Assembly: GCA_039934295.1 (NCBI GenBank)
Contig: JBDTMN010000006.1
Span: 1 to 59,139 of the forward strand
Reading direction: 5' to 3'
DNA from: Candidatus Tayloriibacteriota bacterium
GTDB lineage: Bacteria; Patescibacteriota; Minisyncoccia; Phycocordibacterales; HO2-43-120
Length of the DNA stretch: 59,139 nucleotides
Made by a program: the position numbers and the translations under genes. A model generated the notes under the pieces. It made no database searches and was not told the DNA's origin. It saw nothing but the letters and a program-made list of their open reading frames with translations. Within the stretch, counting starts at the first letter, position 1. Each line of letters starts with the position of its first letter. Below are positions 7,163-16,261 of the stretch, in pieces.

Positions 7163-8351
7163 AGGGGAGAAACTGTTTTACCCATCCGACAACAGTTTTT
7201 GCCAAAGACTTTAGAAATCTGAGACCTCGCTTTATTCCGATAGCGTCTTCAAGAGTATTGGTGAAGCCCAAAAGGCACAGACCGTAAGCTACAGCGAAAA
7301 CAACGTTTCGGACGGGCGACTTCATATTTCCCTGAATCGCCAGATCCGAGACCTTCGAAGGGAGCTTCAAGGACCGCATTGCAAATTCGGGGATGGTGTT
7401 TAAGAGCGAGCCACCGCCGATGAACACGATGCCTGCGGGCAGGAGACCGTCTCTTCCGATTTTTTTTAGGTGATTTTCTATGAGCTCAAAAATATCGCTC
7501 AATCTCGCGTCAATGATTTCTTCCATTTTTTTCTTTGGGTGCTCGCCACCATCTCTCCTATCGCGCTTTGCGGACTCGGCATCCTCGAGAGGAATTTTAA
7601 AGCCGAGGGCGATGTCATTGGTAATATCGGTTGAGCCTATGGGAAATACCTCGAGAGATATGGGGATGTCGTTTTCGTAGACTACCACTGAAACCGTTTC
7701 TGAGCCGATATTTGCAAGGACACAGCCGGCGATTTTTTGCAATTTGTTTATTGTGACAAGGCTTGCCGCGATCGGCGAGGCGATGAGATCTTCGGCCTCC
7801 ACACCGAGCTCTTCCAGGCATAGAATTATGTCGTTTACATGTTGTTCGAGACAGGTTATGAAGAGAGTCTTAACGTCAAGCTTTGCCGCCTTCATGCCAT
7901 GTGGACGTCCCCAGACCGTTTTTCCGTCAATCTTGAATTGAAGGGGAATGGTGTGGATAATTTTGCGATTCAAAGAAATTTGTCGCGGAATTTCCTTTTC
8001 GCTCGCGGCAATGGCATGGCTCACATCAAGATCGGTAATCTCGCTGTCGGCGCGCGATATCATGATGCTTCCGTGCGATATGCGACTCTCGAGACCGATT
8101 CCTCCAAGAGCGACGTACGCCTTTTTGATTTTAATTCCCGAGCTCTTTTCGGCCTGACGGATGGCAAGACCAATGCTTCGCGTTACCTCGGCGGAATTCA
8201 CGATATAACCGTTGCGAAGTCCTTTGGATTCAGAAAATCCTGCTCCCAGCACGCGAGGAAAACCCTTCTCCGCGATGCCTCCCGCTTCGCAGACGAGTAC
8301 TTTGACCTCGTAAGAACCAATATCTATTCCAATTGAAATGTTGCGTGCCAT
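7161..8351 (-). CDS. ftsA: Cell division protein FtsA
   Basis: Actin-like ATPase N-terminus IGIDIGSYEVKVLV. Length 396 aa, immediately upstream of ftsZ. Confidence 0.93.
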   Translation of the reverse strand: MARNISIGIDIGSYEVKVLVCEAGGIAEKGFPRVLGAGFSESKGLRNGYIVNSAEVTRSIGLAIRQAEKSSGIKIKKAYVALGGIGLESRISHGSIMISRADSEITDLDVSHAIAASEKEIPRQISLNRKIIHTIPLQFKIDGKTVWGRPHGMKAAKLDVKTLFITCLEQHVNDIILCLEELGVEAEDLIASPIAASLVTINKLQKIAGCVLANIGSETVSVVVYENDIPISLEVFPIGSTDITNDIALGFKIPLEDAESAKRDRRDGGEHPKKKMEEIIDARLSDIFELIENHLKKIGRDGLLPAGIVFIGGGSLLNTIPEFAMRSLKLPSKVSDLAIQGNMKSPVRNVVFAVAYGLCLLGFTNTLEDAIGIKRGLRFLKSLAKTVVGWVKQFLP

Positions 8352-8463
8352 AGATTGTCAACTAATCACAGATAACAAATTATTGAATAACCTATAACCG
8401 AACTTTTAAAATCCTGAATTGATTTTTCAGTTACGTTTCGGTTATTTTTTGTGAGTGAGAAAA

Positions 8464-8856
8464 TTAAATCCCGAATTTTTTTCGGACTACAACTTCCTCA
8501 CTCTCCATTCTACTACTATGAGTGAAACCTTTCAAATGCGTGAGTGCGTGGATAAAGAGAAATCCGGCAAAATTTTTCTCATTTCTTTCAAAAAGTTTTG
8601 CTTCACGTTTTGCTCTCGCGAGATTTAAAAAAATTTCTCCCTCTTGTTCGCTTAAAGGGAACGCGAGGACATTGGCCGGCTTGTTTTTACGGCGATAGCG
8701 AAGGTTGAGCTTGCGAGAACGGGAGTCGCCCACAATCACGAGACTAAGTAAATATGATTTTCCTAACACGGAATTTTTCATGCCCGAAAAAGGCAAGCCC
8801 GGAAGCTTGCCTTTTGTGGTGTTGGTTATGGAAAAGTGGCTGGAAGTATTCTGCAT
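8464..8856 (-). CDS. ybeY: rRNA maturation RNase YbeY
   Basis: Metal-binding motif HALTHLKGFTH (H-x3-H-x5-H). Length 130 aa. Confidence 0.85.
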   Translation of the reverse strand: MQNTSSHFSITNTTKGKLPGLPFSGMKNSVLGKSYLLSLVIVGDSRSRKLNLRYRRKNKPANVLAFPLSEQEGEIFLNLARAKREAKLFERNEKNFAGFLFIHALTHLKGFTHSSRMESEEVVVRKKFGI

Positions 8857-8952
8857 AAAACTTATGCGTTTGGACGCTATTCAACTTAGTTCGACGAAGT
8901 CAGACAGTCTATGAGGCGACGATGAAATGCGCCAAAATCAAAAGTTTCTCAT

Positions 8953-9192
8953 TTATCTTCGAGAGGGTTTCTCAACAATTTTTCCCAGCTTAATAAGTTC
9001 GTCCATTTCTTCTCTTTTTCTCAGCTTTTTCAAGGCTCTTTTTTTCTTGGTGTAGGGCGAGGGGATTCGTTCGGAATAGCGCAAAGACCGCACGCGATTC
9101 AAAACACCAGAGCCTTGCACGCGTTTAGTAAACCTTCGCAAAAGGTTGATGTTATTTTCATTGCTGTTTTTCTCCACCTGAATATTTATCAT
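8953..9192 (-). CDS. rpsU: 30S ribosomal protein S21
   Basis: MINIQVEKNSNENNINLLRRFTKRVQGSGVLNRVR matches the S21 pattern (LRRFKR...GVL). I prefer the internal ATG at 9192 over the track start at 9228. Confidence 0.85.
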   Translation of the reverse strand: MINIQVEKNSNENNINLLRRFTKRVQGSGVLNRVRSLRYSERIPSPYTKKKRALKKLRKREEMDELIKLGKIVEKPSRR

Positions 9193-9232
9193 GCATTGCA
9201 TCCTACCATAGGAGAGGGAAAAGTCCAAGAAT

Positions 9233-9288
9233 AGGTGTTAGGTGTAAGGTGTAAGGTGTAAGGTGTAAGGTGTTAGGTGTTAGCTTTT
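9233..9288. repeat. 8-unit heptad array (AGGTGTA/AGGTGTT/AGCTTTT)
   Basis: aggtgtt, aggtgta x4, aggtgtt x2, agctttt. It is an inverted partner of the array at 10366-10421 and is followed by GATAAT at 9290-9295. Confidence 0.9.
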
Positions 9289-9319
9289 CGATAATACTTC
9301 GAGGGTGAGGAGGGTAACT

Positions 9320-9340
9320 GTCCAAAGAGACTCTTTGGAC
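9320..9340 (-). terminator. 10 bp hairpin just downstream of the 9349..10296 gene
   Basis: GTCCAAAGAG-a-CTCTTTGGAC. No clear U-tract. Confidence 0.4.
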
Positions 9341-9348
9341 ACAAAGTC

Positions 9349-10296
9349 CTATATTTTATAGATATTCTCATTCACTTCTTGCTCAGAGCCGAAAGCTTCC
9401 TTTCTCGCAAAACGATAGAGTACATATTGTGCCGAAATGTTTCCTAAGTCTGTAGCCTGACGGCTTGCTTCCTCACTATAAACGCGCATAAGACCTCCTA
9501 CCATTTTACCTGTATTACCAAACTGAGCCAAACCAAGACTAATAGATCCAATTGCCAGTTGGGCAATACTATTTACAGAGTTCGCACCGATGCTTAGAAT
9601 CAACGACTTCTTAAATGTTTCAGATTTACTGACATTATTAAGCTTTCTCATCTCTTCCAGCATTAACTTATAAGAATGATCTGTTCCAAATTTATCAAGG
9701 AAAATAAACCACGTGTATCGTAATTTTGTTTTAAGATAATAGCCATAAGCAACAAGACCTATTACAAATACTACGAATAGTACGAGCGAACTATTCAAAA
9801 TAATTTCATAGCCGGTAGAACTGTTAAATATAGGTACGAAAATCATTATTACTAAACCGAAAGCAACAATAATCACCGCAATAGGTACAAAGTAATACTG
9901 TAGCCAGAGTTTAATACGGAAGTCAATAGCTGGCCAAAATAATTTTCTCGCTATTTTCCAACTTTCCGATGGGGATAGATTCTTTTTGTCGAAAAATGAG
10001 TCAATCCATATTTGCTTCTCGATTTTGAATATAAAACGAATAATTTGACTATAAATTACTGCTAGAATCAAGTATACGGCAAGGGCTTCGAAATAAATAA
10101 ATTTTTGATCCTGTGAAAATGAATTGAAGTCATAAATCAGGTTAAGCACGTAAGATACTACGATAAGTAATAAATACGGCCAAGTGATGAGCAGTATCCT
10201 TTTAAACAGTGCTGATTTTCTAAGCTTAAGCTGTCGCCCTATTTCCTCAAATATTTCTTTGTAAGTTGGAGGTAGGGTTGTATTGCTTATTTGCAT
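9349..10296 (-). CDS. Multi-pass membrane protein, hypothetical (low GC)
   Basis: ORF of 315 aa with several long hydrophobic segments. Visibly more AT-rich than flanking genes. No family motif recognised. Confidence 0.6.
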   Translation of the reverse strand: MQISNTTLPPTYKEIFEEIGRQLKLRKSALFKRILLITWPYLLLIVVSYVLNLIYDFNSFSQDQKFIYFEALAVYLILAVIYSQIIRFIFKIEKQIWIDSFFDKKNLSPSESWKIARKLFWPAIDFRIKLWLQYYFVPIAVIIVAFGLVIMIFVPIFNSSTGYEIILNSSLVLFVVFVIGLVAYGYYLKTKLRYTWFIFLDKFGTDHSYKLMLEEMRKLNNVSKSETFKKSLILSIGANSVNSIAQLAIGSISLGLAQFGNTGKMVGGLMRVYSEEASRQATDLGNISAQYVLYRFARKEAFGSEQEVNENIYKI

Positions 10297-10365
10297 AAAA
10301 TTCTGTTTCTTTAATATGAGCTAATAAATAAATCATACAATGCTTATCAATATTCCCTTTATTCA

Positions 10366-10421
10366 ACCTAGAAGCTAACACCTAACACCTAACACCTAAC
10401 ACCTAACAGCTAACAGCTACC
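10366..10421. repeat. 8-unit heptad array (ACCTAAC/AGCTAAC)
   Basis: acctaga agctaac acctaac x4 agctaac agctacc. The stop codon of the HisRS-like gene (complement of 10417-10419) is inside the last unit. Confidence 0.9.
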
Positions 10422-11637
10422 CCTTTATCTTCTTCAAATATTCCGCAAGTCTAGCTATTGGAATCGTTTCTTGGCAACGCGTAGCCATATCACGAACAAT
10501 GATGCTTCCTTCGAGCGCCTCCTTCTGGCCCATGATAATCGAATAGGGCACTTTCAATCTTTCGGCGACCTCGAGCTGGGGTGCTAATTTGTCTTTGACG
10601 AGGCCCTGCGCCAGAGGGATTTTTTCCTTACGCAGGATTTCCACGATTTCAAGGCTCTTCAATTTTGCCTCAAAGCCGAGCTGGATAAAATAAATTTTGG
10701 CGGATTTAAATTTTCTCTTCAGCTTTTTTACACTGCCGGTTCCTTTTTTGTAATGGACGAAAATGCCCGCCGCTCCGAGCTCTTTTTTGTAACCGATTTT
10801 TTTGGAAAGACTGTTATAGCGGAGGCCAACTGCAAGGGTGGTTCCCGTGTCGGTGTCTTTAATCGAAAAAATAGTTCCCATGCAAAGCTTTCTTGAATGG
10901 AGAAGGTCGGTGCTGATTTTGTAGGGAATTTTCAAAGTCTCCAGATATTCCAGAACCTCTCCGAAATGTTTTCTCGCGGTTTCCGAGAGCGAGTCGATGG
11001 GGTGCGGGGCATTTCCTTTCTGTGATTGGCATTTCTCGTTATCGCAAAGCAGAACGTCGAAGGGGTCGTCCTTGAGTGCCTGACGGCAATGAGCGGAAAG
11101 CGTATTTATATTTTTTCTGTAATAGTTCGAGAGGTCACGCATGAAGCTTGACATGGAGTCTTTGTCTCCAATGCTGTTGATTTCGATTTGTAGATTTTCG
11201 TAACCCTCATCTTTTAAAATTTCAAGTGCCGTTTTTATGAGAACCGCTTCGGCAATGCTTTTCGTCGTGCCGATAATGTCCAGATAGAAGCGTTTTTCAT
11301 TGGGAAGCGCCCGCACTCTCCCTCCATCGATGCGTTCATAGTAGAGCATCAAGGGCTGGCTTAGGGGACTCGGATTATCTTTGAGAAAATTTCGGAAGAG
11401 AGCTACTTTTTCTTCGGGACGTATTGAAAAGATGTGTTTTTCCAATTCATTTTCTTCCTTCAGTTCTAAAACTTTGCGGGCGATGTCGAAGTCTTCTTTT
11501 TTAAGTTTAAACGGGACTGCATGGGTGAAGCCATAGTAGTAAGCAATCTCGGCAGACTTCTCCACGCTCCGCGACTTGGCTCTGTGTCTGCTTTTTACCT
11601 TTCGTTTCAGGACTTTTTTTTTATGGATAGTAACCAT
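10417..11637 (-). CDS. Histidyl-tRNA synthetase-like protein (HisS/HisZ family) with degenerate catalytic motifs
   Basis: C-terminal HGTP anticodon-binding-like domain (IYFIQLGFEAK...VPYSIIMGQKEALEGSIIVRDM). Motif 2/3 regions look degenerate (YYERIDGGRVR..RFYLDIIG; VGLRYNSL). Basic N-terminal extension. Confidence 0.6.
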   Translation of the reverse strand: MVTIHKKKVLKRKVKSRHRAKSRSVEKSAEIAYYYGFTHAVPFKLKKEDFDIARKVLELKEENELEKHIFSIRPEEKVALFRNFLKDNPSPLSQPLMLYYERIDGGRVRALPNEKRFYLDIIGTTKSIAEAVLIKTALEILKDEGYENLQIEINSIGDKDSMSSFMRDLSNYYRKNINTLSAHCRQALKDDPFDVLLCDNEKCQSQKGNAPHPIDSLSETARKHFGEVLEYLETLKIPYKISTDLLHSRKLCMGTIFSIKDTDTGTTLAVGLRYNSLSKKIGYKKELGAAGIFVHYKKGTGSVKKLKRKFKSAKIYFIQLGFEAKLKSLEIVEILRKEKIPLAQGLVKDKLAPQLEVAERLKVPYSIIMGQKEALEGSIIVRDMATRCQETIPIARLAEYLKKIKG

Positions 11638-11687
11638 GACGTTAGAGACGGCTTTATGCGCTGAAAATGGTTCTGTGTAAAACGAGA

Positions 11688-12272
11688 TTACTCGGGAGTC
11701 GCGAATTCGCCCGGTAAAACTGCAATTTTGGTTATTGGATGAAGGCGAATGACCGGCCGTCCGATGATGAGGGCTTCCTTTACCGGTCCCCAGAATCTAG
11801 AGTCGGAGCTTTGAGGCCTGTTGTCCCCCATGACGAAATACTCGTCGCCCAAAGTGATTTTGAACGAGTCAAACGATTTGTTTTCCAAATACGGCTCATT
11901 TAAGGCAAAGCCCTTTGGATGCAGTGCATTGACGATAGTTATTTTTCCGCCTTGAGATTCCACAGTTTCCCCTGGCAGACCGATGATTCTTTTTATGTAG
12001 TATTTGCTCTCGTCTTTAGGATATTTGAAAATAATGACATCGCCACGCGCAGGATTCTCAAAGCGGTAGGTGAGCTCGTCGACAATTAAATATTCTCCGT
12101 TTAGAAAAGTAGGATCCATTGAAGAACCGCTTACCACAAAAGGCTTTGCGACAAAAAAACGGATCGGGATGACGATGATAAGAGCAATCAATCCGAATCG
12201 AAGGAGCTCGGCGAATGCTCCTTCGGATTTGGGAGGAATGCGAGGCGGAGGATTTTTGGGAGCGGCGTTCAT
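11688..12272 (-). CDS. lepB: Signal peptidase I
   Basis: Catalytic Ser box SGSSMDPTF, plus GDNRPQSSDSR. N-terminal TM segment. Confidence 0.9.
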   Translation of the reverse strand: MNAAPKNPPPRIPPKSEGAFAELLRFGLIALIIVIPIRFFVAKPFVVSGSSMDPTFLNGEYLIVDELTYRFENPARGDVIIFKYPKDESKYYIKRIIGLPGETVESQGGKITIVNALHPKGFALNEPYLENKSFDSFKITLGDEYFVMGDNRPQSSDSRFWGPVKEALIIGRPVIRLHPITKIAVLPGEFATPE

Positions 12273-12356
12273 TAAAAATTTTTAATATTTAAAAGAGAGT
12301 TTTTTCGAATTTAGATAAATCTTATTACGAATTTGCGTTTGACACAAGGGGCGCTC

Positions 12357-12517
12357 ATCTGTCATTTTGCGAGAAACCAACGCTTCGATGATAAGAAAAT
12401 TATTTTCGCCTCGTTTTGGAAATTTCATGAGTCGCTTCGCTCCTGCAGCCAGATGAAATTTTCAACTCGGCTCAGTAATTTTCCATCATCTCCGCGAGTT
12501 TTCGCAAAATGACAGAT
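12357..12517. mobile_element. 161 nt long-hairpin (MITE-like) element with TGTCAT termini
   Basis: ATCTGTCATTTTGCGA at 12357-12372 pairs with TCGCAAAATGACAGAT at 12502-12517. The inner arms are also near-complementary (TTGGAAATTTCAT / ATGAAATTTTCAA). Confidence 0.55.
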
Positions 12518-12552
12518 TCACTATATCGAAGGGAAGAAGTTGCATGTTCTTC

Positions 12553-12587
12553 CACTTTACACTTTACACTTTACACTTTACACTTCT
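12553..12587. repeat. Heptad array (CACTTTA)x4 plus CACTTCT, immediately upstream of the pth start
   Basis: Perfect 7-nt tandem repeats ending 3 nt before the ATG at 12591. Confidence 0.9.
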
Positions 12588-12590
12588 CCC

Positions 12591-13187
12591 ATGTCTTACA
12601 TCATCGTTGGTCTAGGCAACCCCGGAGAAGAATATGAAAATACCCGACATAATGTTGGACGGATGGCTCTCATGTCGTTTCAGAAAGAGCAAGATTTTCC
12701 GGAGTGGAAGCTGAACTCAAAAATAAATGCTTTAATTTCAGAAAAAAATTTGCCGAACATAGGCAAGGTTACTCTGATTTTGCCGGAGGCATTTATGAAC
12801 AACTCTGGCAAAAGCCTGACGACAGTTATTACGAGCAAAAAGAAAGCAAAGGAGCTTGTCGTCGTTCACGATGATTTAGACCTTCCGCAGGGCAAGGTGA
12901 AAATTTCGTTCAACAAGAGCGCGGGAGGTCATCGCGGGGTTCAAAATATCGTAAACAAAATTAAGACGGAAGAATTTGTCCGAGTGCGAATCGGCATTTC
13001 TCCAGAAACAAAAAAAGGCATAAAAAAACCGCAAGGCGAGAAAGCCGTCCTCGATTTTATTCTCGGAAAACTCAAACCCGAAGAAGAGAAGCAATTCAAA
13101 AAAGAATTTAAGACAATCTCAAAAGCCCTCTTGATTCTCTTAGGGGAAGGCTGGAGCAAAGCGGCGAGTGTGTATGGTAGCTTGTAG
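12591..13187 (+). CDS. pth: Peptidyl-tRNA hydrolase
   Basis: N-terminal signature IIVGLGNPGEEYENTRHNVG. The track start (12540) would translate the heptad array, so the internal ATG is preferred. Confidence 0.92.
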   Translation: MSYIIVGLGNPGEEYENTRHNVGRMALMSFQKEQDFPEWKLNSKINALISEKNLPNIGKVTLILPEAFMNNSGKSLTTVITSKKKAKELVVVHDDLDLPQGKVKISFNKSAGGHRGVQNIVNKIKTEEFVRVRIGISPETKKGIKKPQGEKAVLDFILGKLKPEEEKQFKKEFKTISKALLILLGEGWSKAASVYGSL

Positions 13188-13224
13188 GTCCCAATTTTTC
13201 CCACGAATTTTTAATTCGTGGATG

Positions 13225-13268
13225 AAAAATTGTGCGCCGACATTAAGAAATGTCGGCGCACAATTTTT
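13225..13268. terminator. 20 bp perfect hairpin flanked by A and T runs (bidirectional terminator)
   Basis: AAAAATTGTGCGCCGACATT-aaga-AATGTCGGCGCACAATTTTT. Confidence 0.7.
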
Positions 13269-13433
13269 GTCCCTCGCAAAACCTCGGGATCCTCAATCTT
13301 GCACCCACTCGGGAACTCGTGGAAGTCCAAGGAGACTTCTTGGAAAAATGATGCGTTCTAATTTTGAGCTACATTGCGTTAATGTGGGAATTTGAATATC
13401 AAGGATATTCCTTCATAAAAAAAGCCTCCCAAA

Positions 13434-13583
13434 TTAGGAGGCGGGGCGACGGGAAGAGGGGAGAGAATGAATGCGAGATATCATTTTCCCCATTTCAAGC
13501 GCCTTTGCATACGCAATGGCTCGGGCCAATTTTTTCTCTCCGGAGATTGTTTTTCGCTCACGGGCAGTTCTTAGTTTTTTCAT
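13434..13583 (-). CDS. Possible 49 aa basic protein
   Basis: My reverse-strand translation: MKKLRTARERKTISGEKKLARAIAYAKALEMGKMISRIHSLPSSRRPAS. It is followed by hairpin GCCTCC-taattt-GGGAGGC plus a T-run. Below the ORF-track length cutoff; no family recognised. Confidence 0.3.
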   Translation of the reverse strand: MKKLRTARERKTISGEKKLARAIAYAKALEMGKMISRIHSLPSSRRPAS

Positions 13584-13714
13584 ACGGTTTTTTCGACTTT
13601 CTGCATTTACGCTACCATACCGCCTATCTTTGTGCCATACCCGCGCGAATGATTGACTTTTTTTGGGTTGGCCAGTAGGCTAAATTTGGTAACACGGCTC
13701 AACAAATATTCCAA

Positions 13715-14251
13715 ATGAAAGGACGGATTATGATAATCAGCACTGGGCAGTTTGCGAAACAGATAGCCAAAGCGCGATTCGGAGATCGGATTGTGCTTTG
13801 CCAAGACGCAGACAAAATCTCTTCCCCACCCGTCTTCTGGGCGCATCCTAAAGGTGTGGTAACCAAGAAGGGCGATTCCTTCTGGCTCAACGAGGCAGAT
13901 TCCTCTCGAGGAGATTCGGCACTGTATTCTGGTGAGTACAAAACAAGTTTCTCATGTCCAACTGGTTTTGTGATTTTGAAAGATGACCAGTTTTTGCTCG
14001 ATGGTGAGAAGCCAATGACTCCAGTTCAGGCTCATGAGTCCTTCACAGCTCCAAGCTCGATAATCCAAATCAAAGGAAGGACCTTTTTGGCGGGCGGAGA
14101 AAAAGATGGCATCGAGCTTACCGAAGGAGAATGGGACGATTGGGCCACACATCCCTTTGGTGTCATGTTTAAATGGGGGAGTCGAGTGGTTCTCGTCGTA
14201 ACCCAACCACCAAATTCCAAGGTGCCTCAATCTGAAAGCAAGCCAAGTTAA
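13715..14251 (+). CDS. Hypothetical protein
   Basis: ORF of 178 aa followed by a terminator at 14241-14266. No motif recognised. Confidence 0.5.
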   Translation: MKGRIMIISTGQFAKQIAKARFGDRIVLCQDADKISSPPVFWAHPKGVVTKKGDSFWLNEADSSRGDSALYSGEYKTSFSCPTGFVILKDDQFLLDGEKPMTPVQAHESFTAPSSIIQIKGRTFLAGGEKDGIELTEGEWDDWATHPFGVMFKWGSRVVLVVTQPPNSKVPQSESKPS

Positions 14252-14266
14252 TCCTTGGCTTTTTTT
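14241..14266 (+). terminator. Rho-independent terminator
   Basis: AGCCAAG-ttaatc-CTTGGCT followed by TTTTTT. It overlaps the stop codon. Confidence 0.65.
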
Positions 14267-14270
14267 ATCT

Positions 14271-14310
14271 GAAAACAAAAACTCCGAGCTTCTCCGGAGT
14301 TTTTGTTTTC
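14271..14310. terminator. Symmetric hairpin terminator shared by convergent genes
   Basis: GAAAACAAAAACTCCG-agcttct-CCGGAGTTTTTGTTTTC. Confidence 0.6.
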
Positions 14311-14314
14311 TTGA

Positions 14315-14356
14315 AGCTAAAAGCTAACAGCTAACAGCTAATAGCTAATACCTACT
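14315..14356. repeat. AGCT-heptad array abutting the rpsA stop codon
   Basis: agctaaa agctaac agctaac agctaat agctaat acctact. The rpsA stop codon (complement of 14352-14354) lies in the last unit. Confidence 0.85.
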
Positions 14357-15689
14357 TCTGCTCCACAAACGAAAGCGCCATTTTTTGCTCCTTGGTGTCG
14401 AAAAGAGTGATTTTGAATGTATATGATTTTCCGAGCTCGAGCTTTTCTCGAAGCTTCTCTTCGCTCCCAAACTCCGAAATATGCACCAAACCGGCGATGC
14501 CTTCTTCAATCGAGGCCAGGGCGCCGTGGCGGTTGAATTTAATAACCACGCCCGAAACCACGTCTCCCTTTTTAAATTTATTCGAAGCCGCAACCCATGG
14601 GTTTTCTTTGAGCGCCTTGATTGATAGGGAAATTTTGCCCTCTTTGATTTCTATGATTTTGACCTTCACTTTATCCCGGACTTTGAAGAGCGCTTTCGGA
14701 TCTTCAACAAGGGACCAATCTATCTCGGAAATATGCACCAATCCTTCGAGTCCTTCCTCGATTTTTACGAACACACCGAAATCCACCACGCCGGTAATTT
14801 CCCCCTGGATTTCATCGCCGACGGTATAGTGTTCGATAATTTTCTCCTTGTCTTTTTCTTCGCGATTCTTTTCCGAGAAGATGAGCTTGCCTTCTTTTGG
14901 AGAGGCGGAAATAATGGAAACAGAAATTTTCTGCCCGACAAGCTTTCGCAGTTCATCGAGAATTTTGTCCTTGTCGCCGTCAGCCACGCGCGGGTAGTGG
15001 TCGCTCTTCAACTGTGATGCCGGCAGAAAGCCCGATATGCCCTGCCACTCGATAATGAGCCCGCCCTTGTTTGCCTCCTTGACGGGAAGCTCGAGCACCT
15101 GTTTTTCTCTGATTGCGTCTTCGGCTTCGTTCCAAATGAGGGCCTGGCGAGCTTCCTTGAGAGAAAGTTCGATATAACCGTCCTTGTTCTCCGTGTCGAC
15201 AACTTTGGCCGCAATGGTGTCGCCGACAAGAACCTTCTTGATGATGTCCCGAGCGTTTATATATTCTCGCCCAAAGATAATTCCAGTTCCTATGGGAGAA
15301 AGATCGATGTATACGCCAGACTTATCATTTGATATAACTTTACCTTCCACGATATCTCCCACCGAGGGGGGAGTCTTGGTGTTCTCGATGATGGAGGTCA
15401 TCATGCTTTCCTTCTTGGCAGGAGTTCCGGGTGCTGTCGAAGGCGATGTCGGTTGCGTCGCGGAAGTTGCTACAGAAGACTTTGTGCCATGAATAGGGGC
15501 GTCTTTTTTTGCGACCTTTTGAGCTACTTTTTCCTCTTTTTTTATTTCTTCTTTCGGGATAAGGGCAGTTATCGGAATTGTTTCAGGTTCTTTCTCTTCT
15601 TTTTTCGGTTCCACCGCCTCTTTCGTCTCTTTTTTTGCTTCCTCTTCCGATTCTTTTTTGGGAGTTTTTCTTAGTCTAAAAAATGCCAT
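14352..15689 (-). CDS. rpsA: 30S ribosomal protein S1 (multiple S1 domains) with K/E-rich N-terminal extension
   Basis: Repeated S1 OB-fold blocks (GDIVEGKV..GVYIDL, GQKISVSII, GDEIQGEITGVVDFGVFVKI..GLVHISE, GDVVSGVVIKFNRHGALASI..GLVHISE). Confidence 0.9.
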   Translation of the reverse strand: MAFFRLRKTPKKESEEEAKKETKEAVEPKKEEKEPETIPITALIPKEEIKKEEKVAQKVAKKDAPIHGTKSSVATSATQPTSPSTAPGTPAKKESMMTSIIENTKTPPSVGDIVEGKVISNDKSGVYIDLSPIGTGIIFGREYINARDIIKKVLVGDTIAAKVVDTENKDGYIELSLKEARQALIWNEAEDAIREKQVLELPVKEANKGGLIIEWQGISGFLPASQLKSDHYPRVADGDKDKILDELRKLVGQKISVSIISASPKEGKLIFSEKNREEKDKEKIIEHYTVGDEIQGEITGVVDFGVFVKIEEGLEGLVHISEIDWSLVEDPKALFKVRDKVKVKIIEIKEGKISLSIKALKENPWVAASNKFKKGDVVSGVVIKFNRHGALASIEEGIAGLVHISEFGSEEKLREKLELGKSYTFKITLFDTKEQKMALSFVEQK

Positions 15690-15814
15690 GTTTTACAGAA
15701 CGAGGAAGGTCTCCCGCGATCAAGAGTGGGCAGGAAGCGGTAGGTTTATCTTCTTCGTTTGCTATTAAATTAATGAGGAAAGTATACAGATTTGAGTTGA
15801 AATGTAAACCCCGT

Positions 15815-15873
15815 TAGTGAATTTTGGCATGGTCCTCCTATTCCGCCCAAAGCGGATGATGCCAAAATCTACT
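15815..15873. repeat. Hairpin element resembling a half-copy of the TGTCAT family
   Basis: TAGTGAATTTTGGCAT / ATGCCAAAATCTACTA (14 of 16 complementary). These enclose CCTATTCCGCCCAAAGCGGATGATG, which resembles the right arm of the 23585-23650 element. Confidence 0.4.
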
Positions 15874-15925
15874 ACGAGGTAAAGATGACACAAAAAAAGA
15901 CCGGACACTTGTGTCCGGGTGATAT

Positions 15926-16261
15926 TCAGTGATGGAGAAACAACTTATCTCCTTCCCGCTTGAGGAACCAAAGGAGTAGAGCAATGGCACCTATCGTTAC
16001 CACTGCAATCCATGGAGAAAGTTTAAAGAGCAAGTAAATTACGTATGCAATTGCATACAGTACTCCCACTAGAATAGCGAAGGAAAAAAAAGTAGCAAAA
16101 ATGAGGCCGATGCAGATTGGAATCAGATACTTCTCAATCATCTCACAGTATCGCTCTCGCTCCTCTCGTTCTTGCGAGTACAGGTAATCATTCCATCTGT
16201 CAAGGGCTTCTGGGTCATTCTGAAGGTGTGTGGTCGAAGAGGTCGAATTGGGTGTGTTCAT
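15926..16261 (-). CDS. Small membrane protein, hypothetical
   Basis: ORF of 111 aa with two long hydrophobic segments. Confidence 0.45.
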   Translation of the reverse strand: MNTPNSTSSTTHLQNDPEALDRWNDYLYSQEREERERYCEMIEKYLIPICIGLIFATFFSFAILVGVLYAIAYVIYLLFKLSPWIAVVTIGAIALLLWFLKREGDKLFLHH

